Of a DNA stretch of 64,000 nucleotides, positions 44,372 to 53,420 are shown one piece after another (position 1 is the stretch's first letter; each line of letters begins with the position of its first letter). The stretch lies in assembly GCA_965223415.1 (NCBI GenBank), contig OZ245002.1:608001-672000 (forward strand), read 5' to 3'. A model generated the notes under the pieces. It ran no database searches. It was given only the letters and a program-made list of their open reading frames with translations, and was not told where the DNA came from. Made by a program: the position numbers and the translations under genes. This stretch comes from Myxococcota bacterium. Lineage in GTDB: Bacteria > Myxococcota_A > UBA9160 > UBA6930.

Positions 44372-45508
44372 ATGGCCGACGCACGGGAGGACGCGCCGGA
44401 ACGGCGGGGCGTCCTCCCGTGGCTGCTCGGGGCGCTCCTGGCCGGGGGTGTGCTCGCGTGGGTGATCCTCGCGGCCGGCGGGCCGGAAGGCGCTCCGGTC
44501 GACGTGGCGGCGCCGGCTCCGGCGCCCCCGGATCCGTCTCCGGACCCGGCGTTTCCGGCGCCCGGTGATGCGGAGCTCCCGGAGCCGATCCGTCGCTACC
44601 TGGAGGCCACGCCCTACCCGGAGAGCTCGGGCCGGCTGACAGAGGCCCACGAAGACCTCCTGGCCCCGAACCGCCGCCACGAGCGGGCCCGGCCGATCCC
44701 GGACACGGTCGGGGACGACCTGAGCCGGGTCGTCTCCTCCCTCTTCACCGCCGACCGCTACTTCTACACCAGCGACGAGGTCGTGCAGGCGTTCCTCCAG
44801 GTGACCCGCGGCGGCGAGGTGCTGAACGTGCGGCTCCTCGGCGCGTCGCTCGTGCGGGAGGGGCGGGCCGGAGCCGTGGGGTCGGTCGTCCCCCTCGACT
44901 TCCGCTGGCAGGGCGACCGCTACGTCCTCGAGCAGCCGCTCAGCGCCGTGGCGGACCACCACGGGCCGGTCGTCCTGGGCGTGCACTACGAGTACGCGCC
45001 GGGCGCCGCCTACGAGGAGAGCCTGCGGCTCTTCGTCACGCCGGCGGATCGCGTGCCCGCGCGTTTCACCGGGGAGTTCGACGACGACGTCGTGGACGGC
45101 AGCCTCGAGGTGGACGTAGGTCTCGAGGTGCACGCGCCGGGCTTCTACCGCTTCGATGCGAACCTGTACGACCTGCAGGGCCGCCCGGTGGCCTTCGCCA
45201 CCTACAAGGGCGAGCTCGGGGCGGGCAGCCGGGAGCTCCCGCTGTCGTTCTACGGCAAGGTCCTGCGCGACGCCGGCGCGCCGGGCCCGTGGGTGCTCGG
45301 CGAGCTGCGGGGCTACCGCTTCCTCGAGGGCGCCTACCCGGACCGCGAACGCCTGCCCGACTACCCGGAACGCTACACCACCGGCGCCCACGCCCTCGCC
45401 GCCCTCACCGACGAAGCCCACGTGAGCGCCCACGAGCGCCACATGGTCGACCTGATGCTCGAGGACCTCGCCCGCGGCCTCACCCTCGACGTCCCTCCCA
45501 CCCCGTAA
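44372..45508 (+). CDS. membrane-anchored hypothetical protein, partner of the upstream gene
   Basis: Single N-terminal TM, Pro-rich linker, beta-rich domains; 10 bp gap. Confidence 0.7.
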   Translation: MADAREDAPERRGVLPWLLGALLAGGVLAWVILAAGGPEGAPVDVAAPAPAPPDPSPDPAFPAPGDAELPEPIRRYLEATPYPESSGRLTEAHEDLLAPNRRHERARPIPDTVGDDLSRVVSSLFTADRYFYTSDEVVQAFLQVTRGGEVLNVRLLGASLVREGRAGAVGSVVPLDFRWQGDRYVLEQPLSAVADHHGPVVLGVHYEYAPGAAYEESLRLFVTPADRVPARFTGEFDDDVVDGSLEVDVGLEVHAPGFYRFDANLYDLQGRPVAFATYKGELGAGSRELPLSFYGKVLRDAGAPGPWVLGELRGYRFLEGAYPDRERLPDYPERYTTGAHALAALTDEAHVSAHERHMVDLMLEDLARGLTLDVPPTP

Positions 45509-45541
45509 CTCTGGCCCCGTTTCTCACCTACCTTTGGCGGC

Positions 45542-46309
45542 ATGGGGATCGATCTGGCGGCGGCGGCGGATGCGGCCGGCGCGGCGGCGGATGCGGCGCG
45601 GCGGGAGATCCTGCCTCGGTTCCGGCGGGTGGAGGTGGAGACGAAGAGCGACGGCTCGCCGGTGACCGAGGCGGACCGGGCGGCGGAGCAGGCGATCCGC
45701 GAGGTGCTGCGCGGCTTCGATCCCTCCATCGGCATCCTGGGCGAGGAGTTCGGGGCGGAGGGCGCCAGCGACGGGCTCCGCTGGATCGTGGACCCGATCG
45801 ACGGGACGATCGGCTTCAGCCGGGGCATCGCGCTGTTCAGCACGATCATCGCCCTGCTCGCGGACGGCGAGCCGGTGCTCGGCCTGATCGACTTGCCGGG
45901 CCTGGAGGAGCGCTACCTGGGCTGGGAGGGCGCCGGCGTCACGCGCAACGGCGAGCCGGTGCGCTGCTCCCGGGAGAGCGACCCCCGGCGCGCCCTCATC
46001 GCCCACGGCGACGCCTTCTGCTTCGACGGGTTCGGCGAGCGCGCCGCCTTCGACCGGATGGTCGCGGACCTCCCGATCTTCCGGGGCTACACGGACGCCT
46101 TCGGCCATGCGCAGGTGCTGCACGGCGGCGTCGACGCCATGGTCGACACGGGGCTCCACGCCTGGGACGCGGCGGCCACCCAGATCCTCGTGCCCGAGGC
46201 AGGCGGACGCTGCGTCACCCTGGACCGGAGCACAGACGACCGCGGGCTCGGGCTCGTGTTCGGGAGCCCGGCCCTGGTCGAGACCCTGCTCGACTATCTC
46301 GGGAGCTAG
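45542..46309 (+). CDS. histidinol-phosphatase-like inositol monophosphatase
   Basis: KSDGSPVTEADR, GEE, WIVDPIDGT, WDAAA. Confidence 0.85.
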   Translation: MGIDLAAAADAAGAAADAARREILPRFRRVEVETKSDGSPVTEADRAAEQAIREVLRGFDPSIGILGEEFGAEGASDGLRWIVDPIDGTIGFSRGIALFSTIIALLADGEPVLGLIDLPGLEERYLGWEGAGVTRNGEPVRCSRESDPRRALIAHGDAFCFDGFGERAAFDRMVADLPIFRGYTDAFGHAQVLHGGVDAMVDTGLHAWDAAATQILVPEAGGRCVTLDRSTDDRGLGLVFGSPALVETLLDYLGS

Positions 46310-46312
46310 ACG

Positions 46313-46768
46313 CTAGTCGGTGACGGCATCGGCGGCTTCCTCGGCCGCCTCTCCCGCGGCGTCGGCGGCTGCCTCCGCGCCCTCCTCCACGGCATCGGCG
46401 GCGTCGCCAGCCATGTCGCCCGCCGCATCGGCGGCGTCCCCGGCCATGTCGCCCGCCGCATCGACGGCGTCGCCGGCCATGTCGCCCGCCGCATCGACGG
46501 CGTCGCCGGCCGCCTCACCGACGGCCTCCGCCGCATCGGCGGCCACGTCGGCCACCTCGCCGGCCGCATCGGCGGCCGCAGCCACCCCGGCCGCGCCCGC
46601 CGCGGCGGCGGCCTCGCCGGTCTTCTCCGCCATCTCGCCGGCGGCCTCTGCGGCCTCACCGGCGGCGGAGGCTGCTTCGTCCATGGCATCCTGGGCGCTC
46701 TCGCTGCCGCACCCCGCCAGCCAGACGACGCACAGCAAGGCTCCCATCGCAATTCCGAGACGCTTCAT
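46313..46768 (-). CDS. acidic Ala/Asp/Gly-rich repeat lipoprotein
   Basis: MKRL...LAGC lipobox; 11-aa repeats DAAGDMAGDAV (33-bp tandem, ~46408-46506). Confidence 0.8.
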   Translation of the reverse strand: MKRLGIAMGALLCVVWLAGCGSESAQDAMDEAASAAGEAAEAAGEMAEKTGEAAAAAGAAGVAAAADAAGEVADVAADAAEAVGEAAGDAVDAAGDMAGDAVDAAGDMAGDAADAAGDMAGDAADAVEEGAEAAADAAGEAAEEAADAVTD

Positions 46769-46846
46769 CGGCTCTCCCTCCCCTCCGGCGCCGCGAGTGG
46801 GCGGCCCGGTTGACGCCGCTATCGTACGGGGTTCCCGCCTCAAAAA

Positions 46847-46862
46847 AGTGAGATTCGTCACA
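46847..46862. promoter_or_regulatory. CRP/FNR-family-like site
   Basis: AGTGA-GATTCG-TCACA, 9/10 match to TGTGA-N6-TCACA. Confidence 0.45.
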
Positions 46863-48499
46863 TGGTCTCTCCCGACTCGGTTCTCTCCCTCGACGACGCC
46901 CGCACCCTGCTGGGAGCGGCCAAGGCCCTCCTCGACCCGTGCCTCGACCGGGCGCGGCAGGTGACCGAGGGCGGCAAGGCCATCGACGACCACCAGGTGC
47001 TGACGGAGCGGATCGCCTACGCCGCCACCGAGACCCGCGCCGCCGAGGAGGTGATTGCCTTCGTGGATGCCGCCGCCGGCGAGGGCCGCAGCGTGGACGG
47101 CGCCACCGCCGTGGCCGCCGTCGCCGAGCTGGTGACGAACGTGCGAAACCGCCTCGACGGGGTCCTGCCGGACCTGGGCCTGGGCGACGTCGAGCTCGAG
47201 ACCGCCTTCCCCGCCGCGGTGCGCGGCCTACTCCGCGCCGGCACCCAGGAAGGGCTGCTGCGCGACATCGGCCGCCGCGCCATCGACGCCAAGGGCCGCA
47301 CCGAGCCGCCCCTCGACGAGATGCTCGAGCAGGTGCGCGACTCGGTGCGCGAGTTCGCCGAGAACGAGGTCGTGCCTCACGCCGAGTTCATCCACCGCGA
47401 GGACAAGGACATCCCCGAGGAGTTCATCACCAAGATGGGCGAACTCGGCTACTTCGGGCTCTCGATCCCGGAGGAGTACGGCGGCCACGAAATGGGCAAC
47501 CTGGCGATGATCCTCACCACCGAGGAGCTGTCCCGTGCGTCGCTGGCCGGCGCGGGATCCCTGATCACCCGGCCGGAGATCCTGACGAAGGCGCTGCTCC
47601 AGGGCGGGACCGAGGAGCAGAAGAAGCACTGGCTCCCGAAGCTCTCCTCGGGCGAGGTGATGGTAGGCGTGTCGGTGACGGAGCCGGACATCGGCAGCGA
47701 CGTGGCCGGCGTGAAATGCCGCGCCACCCGCGACGGCGAGGACTGGGTGATCAACGGACCGAAGGCCTGGTGCACCTTCGCCGGTCGGGCCAACGTGCTG
47801 GCGCTGCTCGCGCGCACCGATCCGGATCTCTCGAAGCGGCAGAAGGGCCTCTCGCTCTTCATCGTGCCGAAGGACTCGTTCCCGGGTCACGAGTTCGAGA
47901 TGAAGCAGCCGGGCGGCGGCCGCATGGTGGGCAAGGCCGACGCCACGCCCGGCTACCGCGGCATGCACAGCTTCACCCTGAACCTCGAGAACTACCGGGT
48001 GCCCGGCGAGAACCTGGTGGGCCTCGAGGAAGGGCTCGGCCGCGGCTTCTACCTGCAGATGGGCGGCTTCGCGGCCGGCCGCCTCCAGACCGGCGGTCGC
48101 GCCTGCGGCCTCGCCCAGGCCGCCCTCGAGGAGACCGCCAAGTACGTAGTCGATCGCAACCAGTTCCAGCAGCCGATCAGCGAGTTCCAGCTCACCCAGT
48201 ACACCCTCGGCCGGATGGCCTCACGGCTCTTCGCCGCCCGCTGCATCACCTACGCCGCCGCCGAAGCCATGGACGAGGACGAGCGCGCCGCCGGCCCCCT
48301 CGCGGCCCAGGCGAAGCTCCTCGCCTGCGACATCGCCGTCGAGGTCACCCAGCAGGGCCAGCTCATGCACGGCGGCTGGGGCTACGCCGAGGAGTACCCG
48401 ATCAGCCGCTACGTCGTCGACGCCCAGGTCCTCCCCATCTTCGAAGGCGTCAAGCCCATCCTCGAGCTCCCCGTCATCGGCCGCTCCTTGTTAAGTTAG
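46862..48499 (+). CDS. acyl-CoA dehydrogenase with N-terminal extension
   Basis: IPEEYGG, VTEPDIGSDV, RNQFQQPI, HGGWGYAEEY, IFEG. Confidence 0.92.
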   Translation: MVSPDSVLSLDDARTLLGAAKALLDPCLDRARQVTEGGKAIDDHQVLTERIAYAATETRAAEEVIAFVDAAAGEGRSVDGATAVAAVAELVTNVRNRLDGVLPDLGLGDVELETAFPAAVRGLLRAGTQEGLLRDIGRRAIDAKGRTEPPLDEMLEQVRDSVREFAENEVVPHAEFIHREDKDIPEEFITKMGELGYFGLSIPEEYGGHEMGNLAMILTTEELSRASLAGAGSLITRPEILTKALLQGGTEEQKKHWLPKLSSGEVMVGVSVTEPDIGSDVAGVKCRATRDGEDWVINGPKAWCTFAGRANVLALLARTDPDLSKRQKGLSLFIVPKDSFPGHEFEMKQPGGGRMVGKADATPGYRGMHSFTLNLENYRVPGENLVGLEEGLGRGFYLQMGGFAAGRLQTGGRACGLAQAALEETAKYVVDRNQFQQPISEFQLTQYTLGRMASRLFAARCITYAAAEAMDEDERAAGPLAAQAKLLACDIAVEVTQQGQLMHGGWGYAEEYPISRYVVDAQVLPIFEGVKPILELPVIGRSLLS

Positions 48500-48526
48500 G
48501 GGCCGGTTCCGTTTGTTAAGTTGTCG
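48489..48526. repeat. short dispersed repeat, copy 2
   Basis: Matches 34433-34470; contains the stop codon of the acyl-CoA dehydrogenase. Confidence 0.8.
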
Positions 48527-48529
48527 CAG

Positions 48530-49354
48530 GTGAGCGGGCGAGACCGGCTTTGGTGGAAGCACGGGGTCGTCTACCAGGTCTACCCGCGCTCGTTCATGGA
48601 TGCGAGCGGCGACGGGGTCGGCGATCTGGAGGGGATCCGGCAGCGGCTCGACCACCTGACGTGGCTCGGTGTCGACGGGATCTGGATCTCGCCGTGCTTC
48701 CCATCGCCCGGGGCGGGTTTCGGCTACGACGTGGCGGACTACTGCAACGTCGACCCGCTCTTCGGCCGCCTGGCCGACATGGACCGGCTGATCGCCGACG
48801 CCCACGCCCGCGGGCTGCGCATCATCCTGGACCTGGTCCCGAACCACACCTCCGATCAGCACCCGTGGTTCCGCGCCTCGCGCGGCAGCCGCGACGACCC
48901 GAAGCGCGACTGGTACGTCTGGCGCGACCCGGCCCCGGACGGCGGCCCGCCCAACAACTGGCTCTCCATCTTCGGAGGCCCGGCCTGGGAGTGGGACGAG
49001 CCAACGGGCCGGTACTACCTCCACTCGTTCCTGAAGGAGCAGCCGGAGCTCGACTGGGGCCACGCGGAGGTCGAGGCCGCCTTCCACGACGTGCTGCGCC
49101 GGACGCCGGCCCTCGAGCGCGGCAGCCAGCGGTGCTTCGACGCCCCCTCCGAGGTCTTCGCCTACGAGCGCGTGCTCGGATCGCAGCGGGTGGTCGTGGC
49201 GCTGCACTTCGGCGAGTGCGCGGTGCGCATCGATCTCGGTCCCGGCCGCGTCCGGAGCGGCCTCTCGACCCGCCACGGTGCGCAGCTGCCGGACGCCCCG
49301 GAAGCGATCTCGCTGGGCCCCGCCGAAGGCGTCGCCCTCCTCGTCGACACCTGA
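48530..49354 (+). pseudogene. GH13 alpha-glucosidase with in-frame internal deletion
   Basis: VYQVYPRSF, GYDVADY, DLVPNHTSDQHPWF, QPELDW, then directly the C-terminal LRRTPAL..G..YER; catalytic regions absent. Confidence 0.8.
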
Positions 49355-50550
49355 TGTCGGGCTACGCCGCCAACGTCCGTCGCCTGTGCACGATCCGGCT
49401 GCTCTTCTGGATGCACTTCATCACGGCGGTGCTCGTCCCCTTCTTCCGCGATTGGGGCGGCATCGGCCTCGGCCACATCCTGTTCCTGAACGCCTGGTTC
49501 ATGGCCTGGAACTTCCTCCTCGAGGTGCCGACGGGTACCGTCGCCGACCGCTTCAGCCGGAAGACCTCGATCGTCCTCGGCCTGGCCCTCGGTGCCCTGG
49601 CGATGGGGATCTACGTGAGCGCGCCGCGCTTCGAGGTCTTCCTCCTGGCGGAGGTCGTCGCAGCCGTCTCCTACGCCCTGCTCTCCGGCGCCGACGAAGC
49701 GCTGATGTACGACAGCCTCGAGGCCGACGGCCGAACCGGCGAGGCGGAGCGGGTCTTCCGCCGCATCGAGTCCTTCAAGCTCGCAGGCATCGTGATCGGC
49801 GCCCTCGGCGGAGCGGCCCTCGCCACCACCGTCGGGCTGAGAGCCACGGTGGCGTGCACGGTCGTCCCGATGAGCGCGGCGGCGCTCGTGGCCCTCTCGC
49901 TCCGCGAGCCCGGCCAGCACCGCCCGGCCTCCGCCCGTCCCCCCTACCGCACGATCCTGCGCGAAGGCCTCGCCCACTTCGCGTCGACCCCGGCGCTGCG
50001 CGCCCTCGCCCTCGACATGGTCGGCGTGCACGCGGCGAGCTGGCTCATCCTGTGGCTCTACCAGCCCCTCCTCGAAGCGGCGGGAATCGGCATCGCCTTC
50101 TTCGGCGCCGTCCACGTGCTGCTCTCGCTCGCCCAGATCGTCGTGCTCTCCCAGGCCGGGCGCCTCGGGCACTTGCTCGGCGGGAGCCACCGCCTGCTTC
50201 GGATCGCCGCCCTCGTGCCGGGCCTGGCCTTCGTGGGGCTCGGCCTCCTGGGCTCGCCGTGGGCCGTGGTGCCGCTGGTCGTGCTGGTCGCGGGCTTCGG
50301 CCTGTCCCGGGCCACGCTCTTCGCCGCCGCCATGAATCGCCACATCCCGAGCAAGCGCCGCGCCACCGTGCTCTCGACGATCTCGATGCTGCGCACCCTG
50401 GGCATCGTGGTGGGCAACGGGCTCGGCGGGCTGGCGGTCGGGCTCTCGCTGCACGGCACCGCCGCGGGAGCGGGCATCGCGATCCTCGTCTTCGTGGCGC
50501 TCGCTTCGGTTGGGCGGGAGCATCTGATGGGAGGAGCGGAGCAGGGGTAG
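49354..50550 (+). CDS. MFS transporter
   Basis: LEVPTGTVADRFSRK, SGADEALMYDSL, IPSKRRATVLS. Confidence 0.88.
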   Translation: MSGYAANVRRLCTIRLLFWMHFITAVLVPFFRDWGGIGLGHILFLNAWFMAWNFLLEVPTGTVADRFSRKTSIVLGLALGALAMGIYVSAPRFEVFLLAEVVAAVSYALLSGADEALMYDSLEADGRTGEAERVFRRIESFKLAGIVIGALGGAALATTVGLRATVACTVVPMSAAALVALSLREPGQHRPASARPPYRTILREGLAHFASTPALRALALDMVGVHAASWLILWLYQPLLEAAGIGIAFFGAVHVLLSLAQIVVLSQAGRLGHLLGGSHRLLRIAALVPGLAFVGLGLLGSPWAVVPLVVLVAGFGLSRATLFAAAMNRHIPSKRRATVLSTISMLRTLGIVVGNGLGGLAVGLSLHGTAAGAGIAILVFVALASVGREHLMGGAEQG

Positions 50551-50558
50551 GCCGTACC

Positions 50559-50585
50559 CGGGTTCGATTCCCGCCGCCTCCACCA
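50559..50585 (+). other. orphan tmRNA (ssrA)-like 3' fragment, att-like
   Basis: CGGGTTCGATTCCCGCCGCCTCCACCA = T-arm, acceptor 3' strand with U70, and ACCA; no 5' half upstream. Confidence 0.75.
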
Positions 50586-50621
50586 CGGGAACCGCCGCGC
50601 TGCCGTCGGCTTCCCCGACGG

Positions 50622-51917
50622 TCAAGGAGGCGGCAGGGGCAGCACCGGCCAGTCACCCTCGGAGAGCTCGCGGACCGCAAACTGCCAGACCACCGCGCGC
50701 ACGCCCTCCAGGCGATCGCCGCGCTGCGCGAGCTCGCGGAGCAGATCGCGGCGTGTTGCGTGCGCCCCGCCGGCGTTCCGCGCGATCCGATCGACGGGTC
50801 GGGCGAGTCGGTGGCCGAGCTGCTCGGCCAGCCCGGCCGCCTCGCCCCAATCGAGCGGTAGGCCGTCCTCACTCTGCGCGAAGGCACTCCGAACCGCGAA
50901 GATGTTCGTGAAGCTGTCGCCCAGCAGCAGCACCGGCGCGCCGCGCGTGGGCCTCCAGAGGCGCCCGTCGGCGTCGCGCACCTCCTGGATCGTCGGGCGC
51001 TCCAGGGGAAACGGGGTCGTCGCGGGGTCGAGCTCGAGCAGGGCGGCGAGATCGCCCCGGTTCTGGACCTCGACGGCCTTCCGCGTGGTCGTCAGGCTCG
51101 GCTCGCCCAGGTCGAAGCGTTTCTCGAGGAACAGGGCGAGCTCGGCGGCGACTTGCGCCATCGCCGCCGGCCGCCAATGGGTGTCCGTCGCGAGGTAGGC
51201 GCTCCGGCCGGGCCGTTCCCCCTGCCAGCCGGCCAGGACCGGCGCCGGATCGAAGACCGCGATCCCTTCCCCCCGAAGCGCGTCGACGAAGGCCTCGAAG
51301 GACGGGTTGTGCAGCGGGGCCATGGACGCGACGCCCCACGGACGCGCGTCGACGACGCCCTTGACGGGCGTGGGGACCACCACGAGCGCGATCCCGCGGG
51401 CCTCCAGGTCCTCGTGGAAGCGAAGGATGGCGGGGAGCGGATCGGGCTCGGGGACGCGCTCGCAGGGGTCGGCGTCGCGCACTCGCCTGGCGAGCCGGTC
51501 CCCATCGAGAAACGGCGGCCCGGTCACGTGGTCGAAGCCGGCCCGCTGGTAGAGCCAGCCGTCCGCTGCCGCATGGACCTGCTCGTTGCCGAGCCCGAAC
51601 CACCGTGTGAGCGCGCCCTGGACCCGAGGCCGCACCCGTCGCGCGACCACCGACCGCTCCTCGAGGCTCGTCTCCGCGCGCTGCAGGGTACAGGCGTCGA
51701 TGGGGCCCTGGCCGAGCTCCCGGAAGGCCGAGCCGACGCCGGGCGCTCCCCCCGGATCGAGCAGGAGCTCGAGCGAGGGGACGACCGCGAGCGTGGACAC
51801 GAAGAGCGCGACGATGGCCCGGGCGAGCCACGGGGCGACGAACGTCTCGCCCAGCTCGCGAAACGCGGCTTCCTCCTGGGCCAGATGCAGGTTGGGAACG
51901 GACGGAGGTTCGTTCAA
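50622..51917 (-). CDS. AlgX/AlgJ-type SGNH O-acetyltransferase
   Basis: GNEQV..ADGWLY, VVPTPVK, TDTHW, LLGDSF, VWQFAVREL. Confidence 0.85.
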   Translation of the reverse strand: MNEPPSVPNLHLAQEEAAFRELGETFVAPWLARAIVALFVSTLAVVPSLELLLDPGGAPGVGSAFRELGQGPIDACTLQRAETSLEERSVVARRVRPRVQGALTRWFGLGNEQVHAAADGWLYQRAGFDHVTGPPFLDGDRLARRVRDADPCERVPEPDPLPAILRFHEDLEARGIALVVVPTPVKGVVDARPWGVASMAPLHNPSFEAFVDALRGEGIAVFDPAPVLAGWQGERPGRSAYLATDTHWRPAAMAQVAAELALFLEKRFDLGEPSLTTTRKAVEVQNRGDLAALLELDPATTPFPLERPTIQEVRDADGRLWRPTRGAPVLLLGDSFTNIFAVRSAFAQSEDGLPLDWGEAAGLAEQLGHRLARPVDRIARNAGGAHATRRDLLRELAQRGDRLEGVRAVVWQFAVRELSEGDWPVLPLPPP

Positions 51918-51924
51918 GGACGCC

Positions 51925-53406
51925 TCAGAAGATGAAGTAGATGAAGGGGTTGTAGGCCTGGGTGAAGAGCGCGAGCCCCGCCAGCCAGAGGCCGACCAGC
52001 GAGAGCAGCGCCTTCGCCGGCGTGAGCGTCCGCGTCCAGTCCCACGCCTGGGGCGCTCCCCAGGTCAGCACCGCGGCGAGGGCCATCGAGAACAGGGAGT
52101 AGGGCTGGTAGACGAGCCCGCCGACGAGGGCCGCTCCCGGCCCGGCGCTGCCCATGCCGAACATGGCGCCCAGGTAGGCGATTGCGGTGTCGAGGTCGGG
52201 CGCCCGGAAGAAGACCCAGCCGAGGGTGACGACGCCAAAGGTGAGGAGGATGCGTAGCGACGCCGGCAGCCATCCCAGGAGTCGATCCCGGCCGAGGACG
52301 CGCTCCAGCGCCAGGCCCAGGCCGTGCAGCCCGCCCCACACGACGAACTGGAGGGCCGCGCCATGCCACAGACCCCCGAGCAGCATCACGATCATCAGGT
52401 TGGCGTAGGTCCGGTGCACCCCACGGCGGTTTCCGCCTAACGGCAGGTAGAGGTAGTCGCGGAGGAAGCTCGAGAGCGAGATGTGCCAGCGCCGCCAGAA
52501 CTCGGTGAGCGAACGGCTCCGGTAGGGCGAGTCGAAGTTCTTCGGGAACACGAAGCCGAGCATCAACCCGAGCCCGATGGCCATGTCCGAGTACCCGGAG
52601 AAGTCGAAGTAGATCTGGAAGGCGTAGGCGAAGGCGCCCCACCAAGCCTCGATGGGCGCGAGCGAGCCGGCGCCGAAACAGGTGTCGGCGATCTTCCCGG
52701 CCGGGTTGGCCACGAGGACCTTCTTGGCCATGCCCAGCGAGAAGAGCGTGACGCCCCGCGCGAAGCGCTCCATGTCGTGACGGCGGGAGGTGAGCTGGGC
52801 CGCGACTTCCGAGAAACGCAGGATCGGCCCGGCCACGAGCTGCGTGAAGAGGGACACGTAGCAGGCGAAGTCGACAAGGCTAAGCGTGGCCCGGGCGTGC
52901 CCGCGGTACACGTCGATCGTGTAGCTCATCGACTGGAACGTGTAGAAGCTGATACCGAGAGGGAGCGTCACCCGCAGCCACCCCTCCGCTGCCAGGCTTG
53001 ACCCTCCCAGGGCCTCGACGGTGGCGCTCCACGTCTCGATGCCGAAGTTGGCGTACTTGAAGAAGCACAGGATCGCGAGGTTCGTGCCGACGGAGATGCC
53101 GAGCGCCAGGCGCTGTGTGAACGAACGGGGACCACCGGGAGGGCACAGCGGCAGCTGGCCCTCCACCTCGGACGGTGGCTCCGGATGGGCCTGGCGACGA
53201 GCGATCCACCCACCGCAGGTGAAGTCGATCACCGTGCTCAGCATGAGCAGCGGGACGAACGCCGGGTTCGCCCAGCCGTAGAAGGCCCAGCTGACGAGGG
53301 TGAGCAGGCCGTGGCTCAGCCAGCGCGGACCGAAGCGGGAGCCGTAGTAGAGCCCGAGCGCGAGCGGCAGGAAGGTCCAGAGGAAGATCTGGGAGCTGAA
53401 GACCAA
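51925..53406 (-). CDS. MBOAT O-acyltransferase (AlgI/DltB-like)
   Basis: LPLGISFYTFQSMSY, QLVAGPI, QIYFDFSGYSD, FWRRWHISLS, GLWHGA, NPFIYFIF. Confidence 0.93.
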   Translation of the reverse strand: MVFSSQIFLWTFLPLALGLYYGSRFGPRWLSHGLLTLVSWAFYGWANPAFVPLLMLSTVIDFTCGGWIARRQAHPEPPSEVEGQLPLCPPGGPRSFTQRLALGISVGTNLAILCFFKYANFGIETWSATVEALGGSSLAAEGWLRVTLPLGISFYTFQSMSYTIDVYRGHARATLSLVDFACYVSLFTQLVAGPILRFSEVAAQLTSRRHDMERFARGVTLFSLGMAKKVLVANPAGKIADTCFGAGSLAPIEAWWGAFAYAFQIYFDFSGYSDMAIGLGLMLGFVFPKNFDSPYRSRSLTEFWRRWHISLSSFLRDYLYLPLGGNRRGVHRTYANLMIVMLLGGLWHGAALQFVVWGGLHGLGLALERVLGRDRLLGWLPASLRILLTFGVVTLGWVFFRAPDLDTAIAYLGAMFGMGSAGPGAALVGGLVYQPYSLFSMALAAVLTWGAPQAWDWTRTLTPAKALLSLVGLWLAGLALFTQAYNPFIYFIF

Positions 53407-53420
53407 GGGGCTTCCGGCCG

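Noticed and set aside
50500..50585. Complete tRNA or tmRNA gene
   Set aside because: No complementary 5' acceptor strand, D-arm or anticodon arm upstream; only the 3' fragment exists.
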